21,568 nt of DNA from Vulcanimicrobiota bacterium (GCA_003135555.1 PLCF01000048.1:1-21568), one strand, 5' to 3'; positions 8,861 to 16,996 are shown, counted from the stretch's first letter. Program-made: numbers and translations. The notes: a model not told the origin generated them from the sequence alone.

Positions 8861-9548
8861 CGCGGTGAGGCCTTCGAACGACCGCATTCTTCCCTATCTC
8901 CTGCTGCTGCTCACCGTCGTTGCCGGTACCGTCGATGCGGTGAGCTACCTCGCGCTGGGCCACGTCTTCGTGGTCAACATGACCGGGAACGTCGTGTTTC
9001 TCGGCTTCGCCGCCGCCGGCGCCGCCGAAATCTCACTGCGCGCGACGCTCACCGCGATGGGCGCGTTTCTGGTCGGTTCGGTCGCCGGCGGCCGGCTCGC
9101 GCTGCGTTTCGCCGCCCACGACGGGCGGCTGATCGGTGTCGCGACGGTCATCAAGATCGTGCTCGTCGCGATGGCGCTCGCCGTCGTCATCAGCGCGGCC
9201 GGGAAGCTCGACGACATCCATCGCGATGTGGTGATCGCGCTGCTCGCGCTGGCGATGGGCGTGCAGAACGCCTCGGCGCGCCGCCTCGGCATCCCCGATC
9301 TCACGACGACCGTCCTGACCATGACCATCACCGCGATCGCGGCCGACTCGACCCTTGCCGGCGGCACCAACCCGCGCTTGCAATGGCGCTTGCTGGCGGT
9401 CGGCTCGATGCTGCTCGGCGCGTTCGCCGGCGGACTGTGCGTCCTGCGCAGTGGCATTGCTGCCGCACTGGTTCTGACGCTGGTGCTGCTGGTGCTCACC
9501 GGCGTCCTCTCCCGCGGAACGTTCCGCGGCGCGCAAGCGAGTCGGTAG
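8853..9548 (+). CDS. YoaK/DUF1275-family membrane protein
   Basis: AGTVDAVSYLALGHVFVVNMTGN, AMGVQN and LTTTVLT; multiple TM helices; 8-nt overlap with the upstream stop. Confidence 0.85.
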   Translation: MPNAVRPSNDRILPYLLLLLTVVAGTVDAVSYLALGHVFVVNMTGNVVFLGFAAAGAAEISLRATLTAMGAFLVGSVAGGRLALRFAAHDGRLIGVATVIKIVLVAMALAVVISAAGKLDDIHRDVVIALLALAMGVQNASARRLGIPDLTTTVLTMTITAIAADSTLAGGTNPRLQWRLLAVGSMLLGAFAGGLCVLRSGIAAALVLTLVLLVLTGVLSRGTFRGAQASR

Positions 9549-9576
9549 AACTACGGACGACGCGGCGGCGGCGCGG

Positions 9577-9585
9577 TGCTAGGAT
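9577..9585 (+). promoter_or_regulatory. Putative extended -10 element (TGnTAGGAT) for a leaderless transcript
   Basis: TGC-TAGGAT followed by 6 nt and then ATG 9592. Confidence 0.4.
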
Positions 9586-9591
9586 GCTCCC

Positions 9592-9927
9592 ATGATGCAA
9601 TCGAGATCGAAGCCATGGGCCGCGGCGGGAGGGGCGGCGGTAGCTGTACCGGCCGCCGGTTACGCCGCCCTGCTGCTGGTCGATGCCCTGCGTTGCAGCC
9701 CGAACCACGCAATGTTCATGGCTTTCTTCGCCGCGTTCGCGGCCTTGCCGCTCGCTGCGCTCGGCCTCGGCGTCGCGGCGCTAGCCGTGGGCCTCTGGCG
9801 CGGTGAATTTCCGCTTCGCGGCTGGCGCATCGGGTGTTGCGTTCTGGCGCTCGGCGCTGTGACCGCCGCCGCGGCGTTCGGTCTGCATGACCTACACGAC
9901 CCGAGCTTTTGCCGCATCGACATGTAA
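9592..9927 (+). CDS. Hypothetical membrane protein (about 3 TM helices)
   Basis: Three hydrophobic segments; fills the gap between neighbouring genes without overlap. Confidence 0.6.
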   Translation: MMQSRSKPWAAAGGAAVAVPAAGYAALLLVDALRCSPNHAMFMAFFAAFAALPLAALGLGVAALAVGLWRGEFPLRGWRIGCCVLALGAVTAAAAFGLHDLHDPSFCRIDM

Positions 9928-9951
9928 TCCCGCCAAGGGGGTCTCGCGCCG

Positions 9952-11055
9952 TCAGCCGACGGTAAAGCGCTCCAACTTCTCGAGGCCCAAGCGCTCGGCC
10001 ATCGCGTCGAGTCCGTCCCAGACCTTCGGATCGATCGGCACGCCCTCGCGGCGATAGCGCTCCGTGTTCGCACGCTCGGGTTCACCGGCGGTGACGACGC
10101 TCTCCACGCCCGGCACCGGCGCGCTTTGCTCGAACGTTTGCAGCTCGCGGGCGACGTCGCGCTCGAAGTCCTTGACGTCGCGCAGCGCGTCGATGCGGAA
10201 CGCGCCGAAGAAGTGGGCCACCGTTCCGCCGTGCATGCCGCGTTCGTCGAGCCCCAGAGCGGTGCCGAACATCCCGCCCGAGAGCACGCCGCACAGGATC
10301 TCGACGAGCGCGCCGAGCCCGTAGCCTTTGTGCCCGCCGCCCTCGGTGCCGTAGCCGCCCAGCGGCAGCAGCGCGCCGACCGTCATCGCCGTCGTCGGAT
10401 CGAGCGTCTCGCGCCCGTCGGCGCCGACGGCCCAACCCGGCTTGAGCAGCTTGCCTTTGCGCTCGCTCACCTCGAGCCGCCCGAACGTCACGCCGCTCGT
10501 CGACATGTCGAGCACGTACGGCGCGTGCCCGTGGGCCGGGATCGCGACCGAGATCGGGTTGGTCCCTTGGGTTTTCTGGGCCCCGAACGTCGGCACCGTC
10601 AGGTGCGTCGAGTTCGTCATCGACAGGCCGATGCAGTCGTGCTCGAGCGCCAGCATCGCATAGTAGGCTGCGATGCCGTAGTGATTGGAGTTGCGGACGG
10701 TCGCAAACGCGAGGCCGTTTTGGCGCGCCTTGTCGATCGCCTTGCGCATCGCAAAGACGCCGGCCGGGTGACCGAGCCCGTTGCCGGCGTCGAGCGCGAA
10801 CTGGGTCGGGCGGTCGCACAACGTCGCGTAGGCCGGCCGCGCGTTGACGACGCCGCCCTCGATGCGGCGCACGTAGAACACGTCGAGCCGCGCGATCCCG
10901 TGCGATTCCACGCCGCGCAGATCGGCCGCCACGAGCACGTCCGCGACGTCACCCGCGTCGGACTCGCTCACGCCGACGGCGCTAAGCGCGCGCACGATGA
11001 AGTCGTGCTCGTCCGCCTCGTGCGCGCGAATAGGTGAGGGTGCTTCGCCGATCAT
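9952..11055 (-). CDS. Ldh_2-family (malate/L-lactate/ureidoglycolate dehydrogenase-like) oxidoreductase
   Basis: ADLRGVESHGIARL, VRNSNHYG, GTNPIS, LDMSTS and GGHKGYGL. Start uncertain (11055 or 11088). Confidence 0.9.
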   Translation of the reverse strand: MIGEAPSPIRAHEADEHDFIVRALSAVGVSESDAGDVADVLVAADLRGVESHGIARLDVFYVRRIEGGVVNARPAYATLCDRPTQFALDAGNGLGHPAGVFAMRKAIDKARQNGLAFATVRNSNHYGIAAYYAMLALEHDCIGLSMTNSTHLTVPTFGAQKTQGTNPISVAIPAHGHAPYVLDMSTSGVTFGRLEVSERKGKLLKPGWAVGADGRETLDPTTAMTVGALLPLGGYGTEGGGHKGYGLGALVEILCGVLSGGMFGTALGLDERGMHGGTVAHFFGAFRIDALRDVKDFERDVARELQTFEQSAPVPGVESVVTAGEPERANTERYRREGVPIDPKVWDGLDAMAERLGLEKLERFTVG

Positions 11056-11187
11056 GGCGAGGAAAATGCGCTCAGCGGAACGCCACATCCTCGCCGCTTG
11101 GCAGCTCGTTCGGTCAAAGAGGAACCCGACCCGCGAGCGCCAAGTGCACACGCCCCCATTCCACGTCGTACCTCTGCCGCTCGATCG

Positions 11188-11193
11188 GGAGGA
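11188..11193 (+). promoter_or_regulatory. Strong Shine-Dalgarno sequence for the small peptide gene
   Basis: GGAGGA followed by AAGCAC and then ATG 11200. Confidence 0.75.
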
Positions 11194-11199
11194 AAGCAC

Positions 11200-11394
11200 A
11201 TGCAGAGCAAGACTCGCTACAGCGACGCCGATGTCAAGACGATCTGGCCCAATGCGCCGCAGGCCACCACCGCGCCGGACGATCAGGGCCGCGACGATCC
11301 GCCGCCACCCCCGCCGCCGGGTCCGGACGACCAAGGCCGCGACGATCGTCCACCACCGCCGCCGCCCGACGATCAGGGTCGCGACGACACGTAA
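11200..11394 (+). CDS. 64-aa repeat peptide, candidate RiPP-like precursor (leader + 3x PDDQGRDD with polyproline spacers)
   Basis: MQSKTRYSDADVKTIWPNAPQATTA-PDDQGRDD-PPPPPPPG-PDDQGRDD-RPPPPP-PDDQGRDD-T. Strong RBS; repeats differ only synonymously; 6 nt upstream of the JmjC oxygenase. Confidence 0.8.
   Translation: MQSKTRYSDADVKTIWPNAPQATTAPDDQGRDDPPPPPPPGPDDQGRDDRPPPPPPDDQGRDDT
11275..11388 (+). repeat. Three 24-nt imperfect direct repeats encoding PDDQGRDD
   Basis: Copies at 11275-11298, 11323-11346 and 11365-11388. Confidence 0.9.
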
Positions 11395-11400
11395 CGAGCC

Positions 11401-12615
11401 GTGCTGACGCGCGACCGAGCCGTACGCGCGCTCGACCGCTGCGTTCGCATCGACCGCCGGCGGTTCTTCGAGGAGATCTGGTCGCAGCGGCCGCTCCTGG
11501 TCGACCGCCGTGACGATGCGGCGTTCGGCGACCTGTTCTCGCTCGAGAGCGTCGACCGCATCCTCTCCGGCACGTTTCCGCGCCGTCCCGCCGTTCGGCT
11601 CGTCAAGGACGGCGCGGAGCTGCCCCCGAGCTCGTACGTGCGCACGGTCAGCCTGGGCTCGGAGTGGCTGCACGACGTCATCGACGCCGGGCGCGTGTAT
11701 GACGCGTTCCAGAACGGCGCGACGATCGTGCTGCAAGGGCTGCAGCGCTACTGGGAGCCGGTCGTGCGCTTCGCGCGCGACTTGGAGCTCGAGCTCACGC
11801 ATCCCGTTCAGGTCAACGCGTACGTCTCTCCGCCGGGCGCGCGCGGCCTGGGCGTTCACTACGACACGCACGACGTCTTCGTGCTGCAGACCGGCGGCTC
11901 GAAGCGGTGGAACGTCCACGAGCGCGCGGTCGACGTTCCGCTGCCGCACCAGCGCTCGCGCACGGTGCCGGTTCCGCAGGAGTCGGTGATCGAGACGGAG
12001 CTGCTCGCCGGCCAGTCGCTCTACATCCCGCGCGGCTTCTTGCACGAGGCGATCGCGACCGCGCAGGTCTCCGTCCATCTGACCGTCGGGATGCTGTGCT
12101 ACACCTGGAAAGACGTCTTCGACGAGGCGTTCAAGGACCTGGAGGACGTCGTCGAGTTTCGCGCAGCGCTGCCGGCCGGATTTGCGAACGACGCCGAGGC
12201 GCACGCGCCGGCGGTCGCGGCGAAGCTGCGGGCGCTCGCGGCGTGGCTCGAGACGCGCGATCCGAATGCGCTCGGCGAGCGCGTCGCAAACCGCTTCCTC
12301 TCTTCGCGCGCGCCGGTCCGGTTCGGACAGTTCGAGCAGCTGCCGCTCATCGAAGCGCTCGGCGAGCGCAGCCAGGTTCGCCTGCGGTCCGGCAACGTGT
12401 TCGACGTGCGCGGCGGTGACGAGGGCGCGATCGAGGTCGTGCTCGGCGATCGCAAGCTGGTGATGCCGGCGCCGCTCGAGGACGCGCTGCGCTTCGTCGC
12501 GCGCGGCGAGCCGTTCGCTCCCGCCGACCTGGAGATGTTCGAGGACGGCGAGAGCGCGACGGCGTTCGTGCGGCGGCTCGCGCGCGAAGGGGCGCTCGAG
12601 ATCCTCAGCCTGTAG
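11401..12615 (+). CDS. JmjC/cupin Fe(II)/2-oxoglutarate oxygenase, RoxA/NO66/MINA53-like
   Basis: FFEEIWSQRP; NAYVSPPGARGLGVHYDTHDVFVLQTGGSKRW (H153, D155, K168); LYIPRGFLH (H215); C-terminal winged-helix-like region. Confidence 0.9.
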   Translation: MLTRDRAVRALDRCVRIDRRRFFEEIWSQRPLLVDRRDDAAFGDLFSLESVDRILSGTFPRRPAVRLVKDGAELPPSSYVRTVSLGSEWLHDVIDAGRVYDAFQNGATIVLQGLQRYWEPVVRFARDLELELTHPVQVNAYVSPPGARGLGVHYDTHDVFVLQTGGSKRWNVHERAVDVPLPHQRSRTVPVPQESVIETELLAGQSLYIPRGFLHEAIATAQVSVHLTVGMLCYTWKDVFDEAFKDLEDVVEFRAALPAGFANDAEAHAPAVAAKLRALAAWLETRDPNALGERVANRFLSSRAPVRFGQFEQLPLIEALGERSQVRLRSGNVFDVRGGDEGAIEVVLGDRKLVMPAPLEDALRFVARGEPFAPADLEMFEDGESATAFVRRLAREGALEILSL

Positions 12616-13450
12616 GGCGCCCGAGCGCTGCGAGGCGCTCCGCGACGTTCGCCAGCAGACGGTCGGCGGCGTACTCGTCGTAGCGCGCGCGGTCGTAACA
12701 CATGGCGAGCCAGCACCGGCCGTCGACGACCGCACCGGGGGCGAGGATTGCGGGTTCGCCCGGCGCGACGAGCGGAAACGCGAGCAGCGTGCCGCCGGCG
12801 CCGACGTTGGTAACGGTTGCGACGGCGCCGCCGACGTCGGTCGCGGTGAGCGCGCCGGCCTGGGCGCGTTCGGCGAAGTCGCGGATGCGCACGCCGATGT
12901 CGTGCAGCGAGGCGTCGCGTGCGTCGGGGACGACCGGCACGACCAGACCACCCGGCACCTCGACCGCGACCCCGATGCGGTCGGCCTCGAGCGCCTGCGC
13001 GAAGGCCTTGACGAAATACGCCGTCCACGCCACGCCCGCGCGCTCGATCCCGGACAGATCGACCTGCCGCGCGCACGAACCTTGCGCGATGGTCGCACGC
13101 GCTTCGGTCATCCGCTCGGCAATACGCTTGCGCATCGGACTCAGGCCGCCGGGCCGCGCCTGCGGCGCCGCGCCGATCGGCCGCGAAACCGCGGTGTGCT
13201 CGCCCGCGACGGATCCGCCTTCGTTCGCGAAGCGCGCCAGGATCTGACCGACCTCGGCGCGTTCGCCCGCGGCGACGACGATCTCGGCGAGCACGCCGTC
13301 GTAGGGCGACTCGATGTCGGTGTTCACCTTGTCGGTCTCGACGGCGAACAGCGGCTCGCCGCGTTTCACCGTATCGCCGGGGCGCTTGTACCACTCCGAC
13401 ACGAGGCCGTCGACGAGCGTGTCGGCCAGCCGCGGAAACTCAACGTCCAT
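12605..13450 (-). CDS. Reduced dihydrolipoamide acyltransferase (E2): lipoyl domain plus degenerate catalytic domain
   Basis: Lipoyl motif VETDKVNTDIESP; LSPMRKRIAERM; IGVAVEVPGGLVVPVV; ATVTNVG; YDRARYD in place of DHRxxDG. Confidence 0.8.
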   Translation of the reverse strand: MDVEFPRLADTLVDGLVSEWYKRPGDTVKRGEPLFAVETDKVNTDIESPYDGVLAEIVVAAGERAEVGQILARFANEGGSVAGEHTAVSRPIGAAPQARPGGLSPMRKRIAERMTEARATIAQGSCARQVDLSGIERAGVAWTAYFVKAFAQALEADRIGVAVEVPGGLVVPVVPDARDASLHDIGVRIRDFAERAQAGALTATDVGGAVATVTNVGAGGTLLAFPLVAPGEPAILAPGAVVDGRCWLAMCYDRARYDEYAADRLLANVAERLAALGRPTG

Positions 13451-14879
13451 CTTCCACCGCAGTCTTGAAGGCGGCGAGGAAGCGGCCGACGTCGGCGCCG
13501 TCGACGGCGCGATGGTCGACGGCGCAGGCGGCGTACGCGCGCCCGTCGTGCACGGCACCGATCCGCAGCGCCGCGGTTTGGCCGGGCCGGACGAACGGGA
13601 TCGCGAGGTCGCTCCCGGCCGGACCGTAGTCGACCAGCGTGATCGTGCCGCGCCCGCTCGCCGGCGACGTCGCGCCCAAGTCGAGATCGACTCGCACCTC
13701 GTCGTGCGCGACGAGGCCCGTCCAAGCGAAGGTCGCGTTGCACTGCGGAACCGCGCGCACCGCCGCTGCCAGCGCGTCGACGGCGAGGCGGGTGTGCTCG
13801 ACCGGCAGCGCGACTTCGACGATGCTCGAGGCCTGCGGTATCCCCGGATCGTAGGCCGCCGGGGCGGCGCCTCCGGCGTGCGAACGCGGTCGCGCGACCA
13901 GCCGCGCGAGCGCGTCGCCGATCGTCGCGCGATTGGGCAACAGCGCGTCTTCGAGCACCTCGTCGACCGGGATCCCGGGGATGTCGGGCATGGCGACCCG
14001 TACCGGCGGCACGTCGAGCACGCCGGCTTCGGCCGCCAGCGCGCACAACTCCGCGCCCAGCCCCATCGTGAGCGTGTCTTCGTGCACGACGCACAGCCGG
14101 CGCGTTTTCGCCAGCGACGTCAGGATCGTCTCGCGGTCGAGCGGCGCGAGCGTGCGCAGGTCGATCACCTCGACGTCGATCCCCTCCTGCGCGAGCACAT
14201 CAGCGGCGGCGAGCGACTCGTGCAGCATCATGCCGTAGGCGAGCACCGTCGCGTCGGCCCCGGCGCGTGCGACCGCCGCGCGCCCGATCGGCACGACGTA
14301 CTCGCCTTCGGGGACCGGGCCGCGAATCGCGCGGTACGTACGCTTGTGCTCGAGCACCAGGACGGGATCCGGATCGCGAATCGCCGCGACGAGTAGGCCC
14401 TTCGCGTCGGCCGGCGTCGAGGGCGCTACGACCTTCAATCCCGGCGCATGCGCGTAGAAGGCTTCGACGGATTGCGAATGATACGGTCCGCCGCGAAAGC
14501 CGCCGCCGTAGGCGGTGCGCAGCACCATCGGGCACGACCAATCGCCGCCGGTACGCCAGCGGATCTTCGCCGCCTCGCCGACGAGATGGTCCATCGCGGC
14601 ATGAATGAAGTCGGCGAACTGGATCTCGGCGACGGGCCGCATCCCGCGCATCGCCAGACCGACGGTCACCCCCGCGATCACGGTCTCGGCCATCGGCATG
14701 TCGATGACGCGCTGCGGCCCGAAACGCTCGTACAGCCCTTCGGTGGCGCGAAACACGCCGCCCAGTTTTCCGACGTCCTCACCCAGGACCAGAACGCGCT
14801 CGTCGCGCGCCATCTCTTGCGCCAGCGCCTCGCGCACCGCCTCAACCACGCTGAGCTCACGGCTGACGGTGTTAGGCAT
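13440..14879 (-). CDS. 2-oxoacid dehydrogenase E1-beta fused to a shortened E2 catalytic-like domain
   Basis: GEDVGKLGGVFRATEGL, AEIQFADF, YHSQS and EVIDLRTLAPLD, then about 135 aa ending AVDHRAVDGADVGRFL. ATG 14879 overlaps the E1-alpha stop. Confidence 0.85.
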   Translation of the reverse strand: MPNTVSRELSVVEAVREALAQEMARDERVLVLGEDVGKLGGVFRATEGLYERFGPQRVIDMPMAETVIAGVTVGLAMRGMRPVAEIQFADFIHAAMDHLVGEAAKIRWRTGGDWSCPMVLRTAYGGGFRGGPYHSQSVEAFYAHAPGLKVVAPSTPADAKGLLVAAIRDPDPVLVLEHKRTYRAIRGPVPEGEYVVPIGRAAVARAGADATVLAYGMMLHESLAAADVLAQEGIDVEVIDLRTLAPLDRETILTSLAKTRRLCVVHEDTLTMGLGAELCALAAEAGVLDVPPVRVAMPDIPGIPVDEVLEDALLPNRATIGDALARLVARPRSHAGGAAPAAYDPGIPQASSIVEVALPVEHTRLAVDALAAAVRAVPQCNATFAWTGLVAHDEVRVDLDLGATSPASGRGTITLVDYGPAGSDLAIPFVRPGQTAALRIGAVHDGRAYAACAVDHRAVDGADVGRFLAAFKTAVEDGR

Positions 14880-15816
14880 AGGCGTGGTCCGCAACCGTCG
14901 CGGGGTCGCCGAGCGGTTGCGCTTCGGCCCACTCGGCGGCATCGTCGGCCTGGGCGGCGCTCTCGGCGTCGACGCGTGCTGCAAAATCGGCGCCCACCAA
15001 AGCGCGCGCGCGCACCAACGGATCGCCCTTCACGCGCACGGCGTCGACCTCGGCACGGTCGCGATAGCGCGAGTCGTCGTCGTTGGACGTATTGGGCATG
15101 AAGCGCACGCACGCCGCGTCGATGAGCGTAGGGCCGTCGCCGGCGCGCGCGCGTTCGACCGCCTGCGTGGCCGCTGCGTACATCGCCTCGACGTCCATCC
15201 CGTCGACCGCGATCCCGGGCATCCCGTAGCCCGCCGCGCGGGCGACGAGCATCTCGGTCGCGTACTGGTCGCTGCGCTTCACCGACTGCGTCCAGCCGTT
15301 TCTATGCACGACGAAGACGCACGGCAGCCGGTGGATCGCCGCAACGTTCATGGACTCGTGCACCTCGCCTTTCTGCGCCCCGCCGTCGCCGAAGGCGATC
15401 ACCGAGACACTGCCGTCGCCGAGCAGCTTCGAGCCCCACGCGCAGCCGACGCCGTGCGAACAGTGGTTCGGCTGCGGTCCCTGCTGCGACAGCACGTGCA
15501 ACTCGCGCGAGCCGAAATGCGCGTAGGGCTGACGCCCGCGGGCGTTCGGGTCCGCGGGCCGCGAAAAGAAGCACAGCATCACGTCGCGCGGTTCCATCCC
15601 GAGCACGAGCAGCGCGGCGAGGTCCCGGTAGTGCGGCGAGAGCCAGTCGACGCCCGGCCGCATCGCCAGCGCGTAGCCGACGCCGATCGCCTCATGCCCG
15701 CTGCACGGGACAGCGAAGTGCGCGCGGCCCGCGCGTGCGAGCCGCCACATGCGCTCGTCGAGTGCCCGCGCGAGCGAAAGCGCACCGTAGGCGCGCTCGC
15801 GCTCGGCCTGCGTCAT
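14872..15816 (-). CDS. ThDP-dependent 2-oxoacid dehydrogenase E1-alpha (branched-chain-like, divergent)
   Basis: GHEA, PHYRD, ThDP motif GDGG..KGEVHESMN...VHRN, AAGYGMPGIAVDGMD and GPTLID. Confidence 0.9.
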   Translation of the reverse strand: MTQAERERAYGALSLARALDERMWRLARAGRAHFAVPCSGHEAIGVGYALAMRPGVDWLSPHYRDLAALLVLGMEPRDVMLCFFSRPADPNARGRQPYAHFGSRELHVLSQQGPQPNHCSHGVGCAWGSKLLGDGSVSVIAFGDGGAQKGEVHESMNVAAIHRLPCVFVVHRNGWTQSVKRSDQYATEMLVARAAGYGMPGIAVDGMDVEAMYAAATQAVERARAGDGPTLIDAACVRFMPNTSNDDDSRYRDRAEVDAVRVKGDPLVRARALVGADFAARVDAESAAQADDAAEWAEAQPLGDPATVADHAYA

Positions 15817-15826
15817 CGCCACCGCA

Positions 15827-16996
15827 CTATTTCGCGATCGCGAACTTTCCGTTTTCGACCTGCGTGAGCACCAGCGAGAACACCGACAGACCGTTGTGGT
15901 CGCCGCCGGACATGCGGAATTGGCCGGTAACGCCGAGGTAGTCGGTGTGCTCGAGCGCCTGGCGCAGCTTCTCGCCGTCGGTGCTCTTGGCGCGCTCGAG
16001 AGCCTGCTTGAGCACGTAGACGCCGTCGTAGCCGAAGCCGCCGAAGATGCTGACCGGCGCGTCCTTGGGATAATCCTTGACGAACGTCGCGATGTAGCGC
16101 GTGAGCAGCTTCTTTTGCGGGTCGCCGTTGGGCAGCGCGTCGGCGACGTTGATCTTCGTGCTCGCGATGTACGCACCGTTGAGCGCCGCGCCGGCCTGCT
16201 GCGGGAACACACCGGTCGCCGCACCGTCGGAATAGTAGATCGGGGTCGTTACGCCGAGTTCGCGGTAGGCCTTGATGATCACGGCGGCCGACGGCAGCGT
16301 GGTCCAGCACACGATCGCCTGCGGGTTGGCAGCCTTGATGTGGGTCAGCTGGGTGGTCGCGTCGCTGGCGCGGGCGTTGATCGCCTCCGCGTCGACGACC
16401 TCGATGCCGAAGTTCGCACCGGCGTCCTTGAAGTGCGAGAGTCCCGTCTTGCCGTAGTCGTCGTCGCGATAGATGACGGCGACCTTGGTCGTCTTCTTCT
16501 TGCGCATGTGCTCCTGCATCGCTTGCGCAACGTGGAAATCGGTGATCGGCATCTTGAAGATCCACTGGCGGTCGCCGACCGGCTGGATCACCTGCGAGCT
16601 CGAGGCGAATGAGACCATCGGAACCTTCGCCTGCGTCGCGAGCGGGACCATCGCGAGCGAGGTCTGGGTGAGCGATGAGCCCAGGATCGCGATGACGTGC
16701 GCGTCGAGAAACTTGCGCGTGTTGTTGACGGCGGTGGTCGCGCTGGATTCATCGTCGAGGATAGTGATCTGCAAGGGGTGGCCGTTCACTCCGCCCGCCT
16801 TGTTGATCTCGTCGACGGCCAGCTGCATGCTGTCGGCCTCGGGGCGGCCCAGCGTCGCCCCCGGACCGCTCTCGGAAACCGTGGCGCCGATGAGGTACGG
16901 TTCGTTCGCCGCACCGGCCGGCGGCGGCGGCGCACCCGAAACGATGAGAAACGATGCAAGCGCGAGCGCGCCGAGACGAGCGACCGTCGAACGCAT
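15827..16996 (-). CDS. Liv-type ABC transporter substrate-binding protein (resembles the aromatic-acid-binding subgroup)
   Basis: Signal peptide; IGATVSESGPGATLGRPE, EINKAGGVNG, DDYG and DHNGL. AAGGAGG RBS at 17005-17011. Confidence 0.9.
   Translation of the reverse strand: MRSTVARLGALALASFLIVSGAPPPPAGAANEPYLIGATVSESGPGATLGRPEADSMQLAVDEINKAGGVNGHPLQITILDDESSATTAVNNTRKFLDAHVIAILGSSLTQTSLAMVPLATQAKVPMVSFASSSQVIQPVGDRQWIFKMPITDFHVAQAMQEHMRKKKTTKVAVIYRDDDYGKTGLSHFKDAGANFGIEVVDAEAINARASDATTQLTHIKAANPQAIVCWTTLPSAAVIIKAYRELGVTTPIYYSDGAATGVFPQQAGAALNGAYIASTKINVADALPNGDPQKKLLTRYIATFVKDYPKDAPVSIFGGFGYDGVYVLKQALERAKSTDGEKLRQALEHTDYLGVTGQFRMSGGDHNGLSVFSLVLTQVENGKFAIAK

Noticed and set aside
11098..11199. 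Longer 98-aa version of the repeat peptide
   Set aside because: The strong GGAGGA RBS points to ATG 11200, and the upstream TTG start has no RBS.
11275..11388. Repeats as a mini CRISPR array
   Set aside because: The spacers are 18-24 nt of Pro codons, repeat variation is synonymous only, and there are no cas genes.
9952..13098. 1048-aa minus-strand ORF as a giant fusion protein
   Set aside because: Only the last ~370 aa are Ldh_2-like. The rest is the stop-free antisense shadow of the peptide and JmjC genes and an off-frame overlap of E2.
12605..13450. E2 as a decaying pseudogene
   Set aside because: The frame is intact, the lipoyl-Lys motif is conserved, it overlaps the upstream gene's stop, and its losses mirror the residues kept in the E1-beta fusion.
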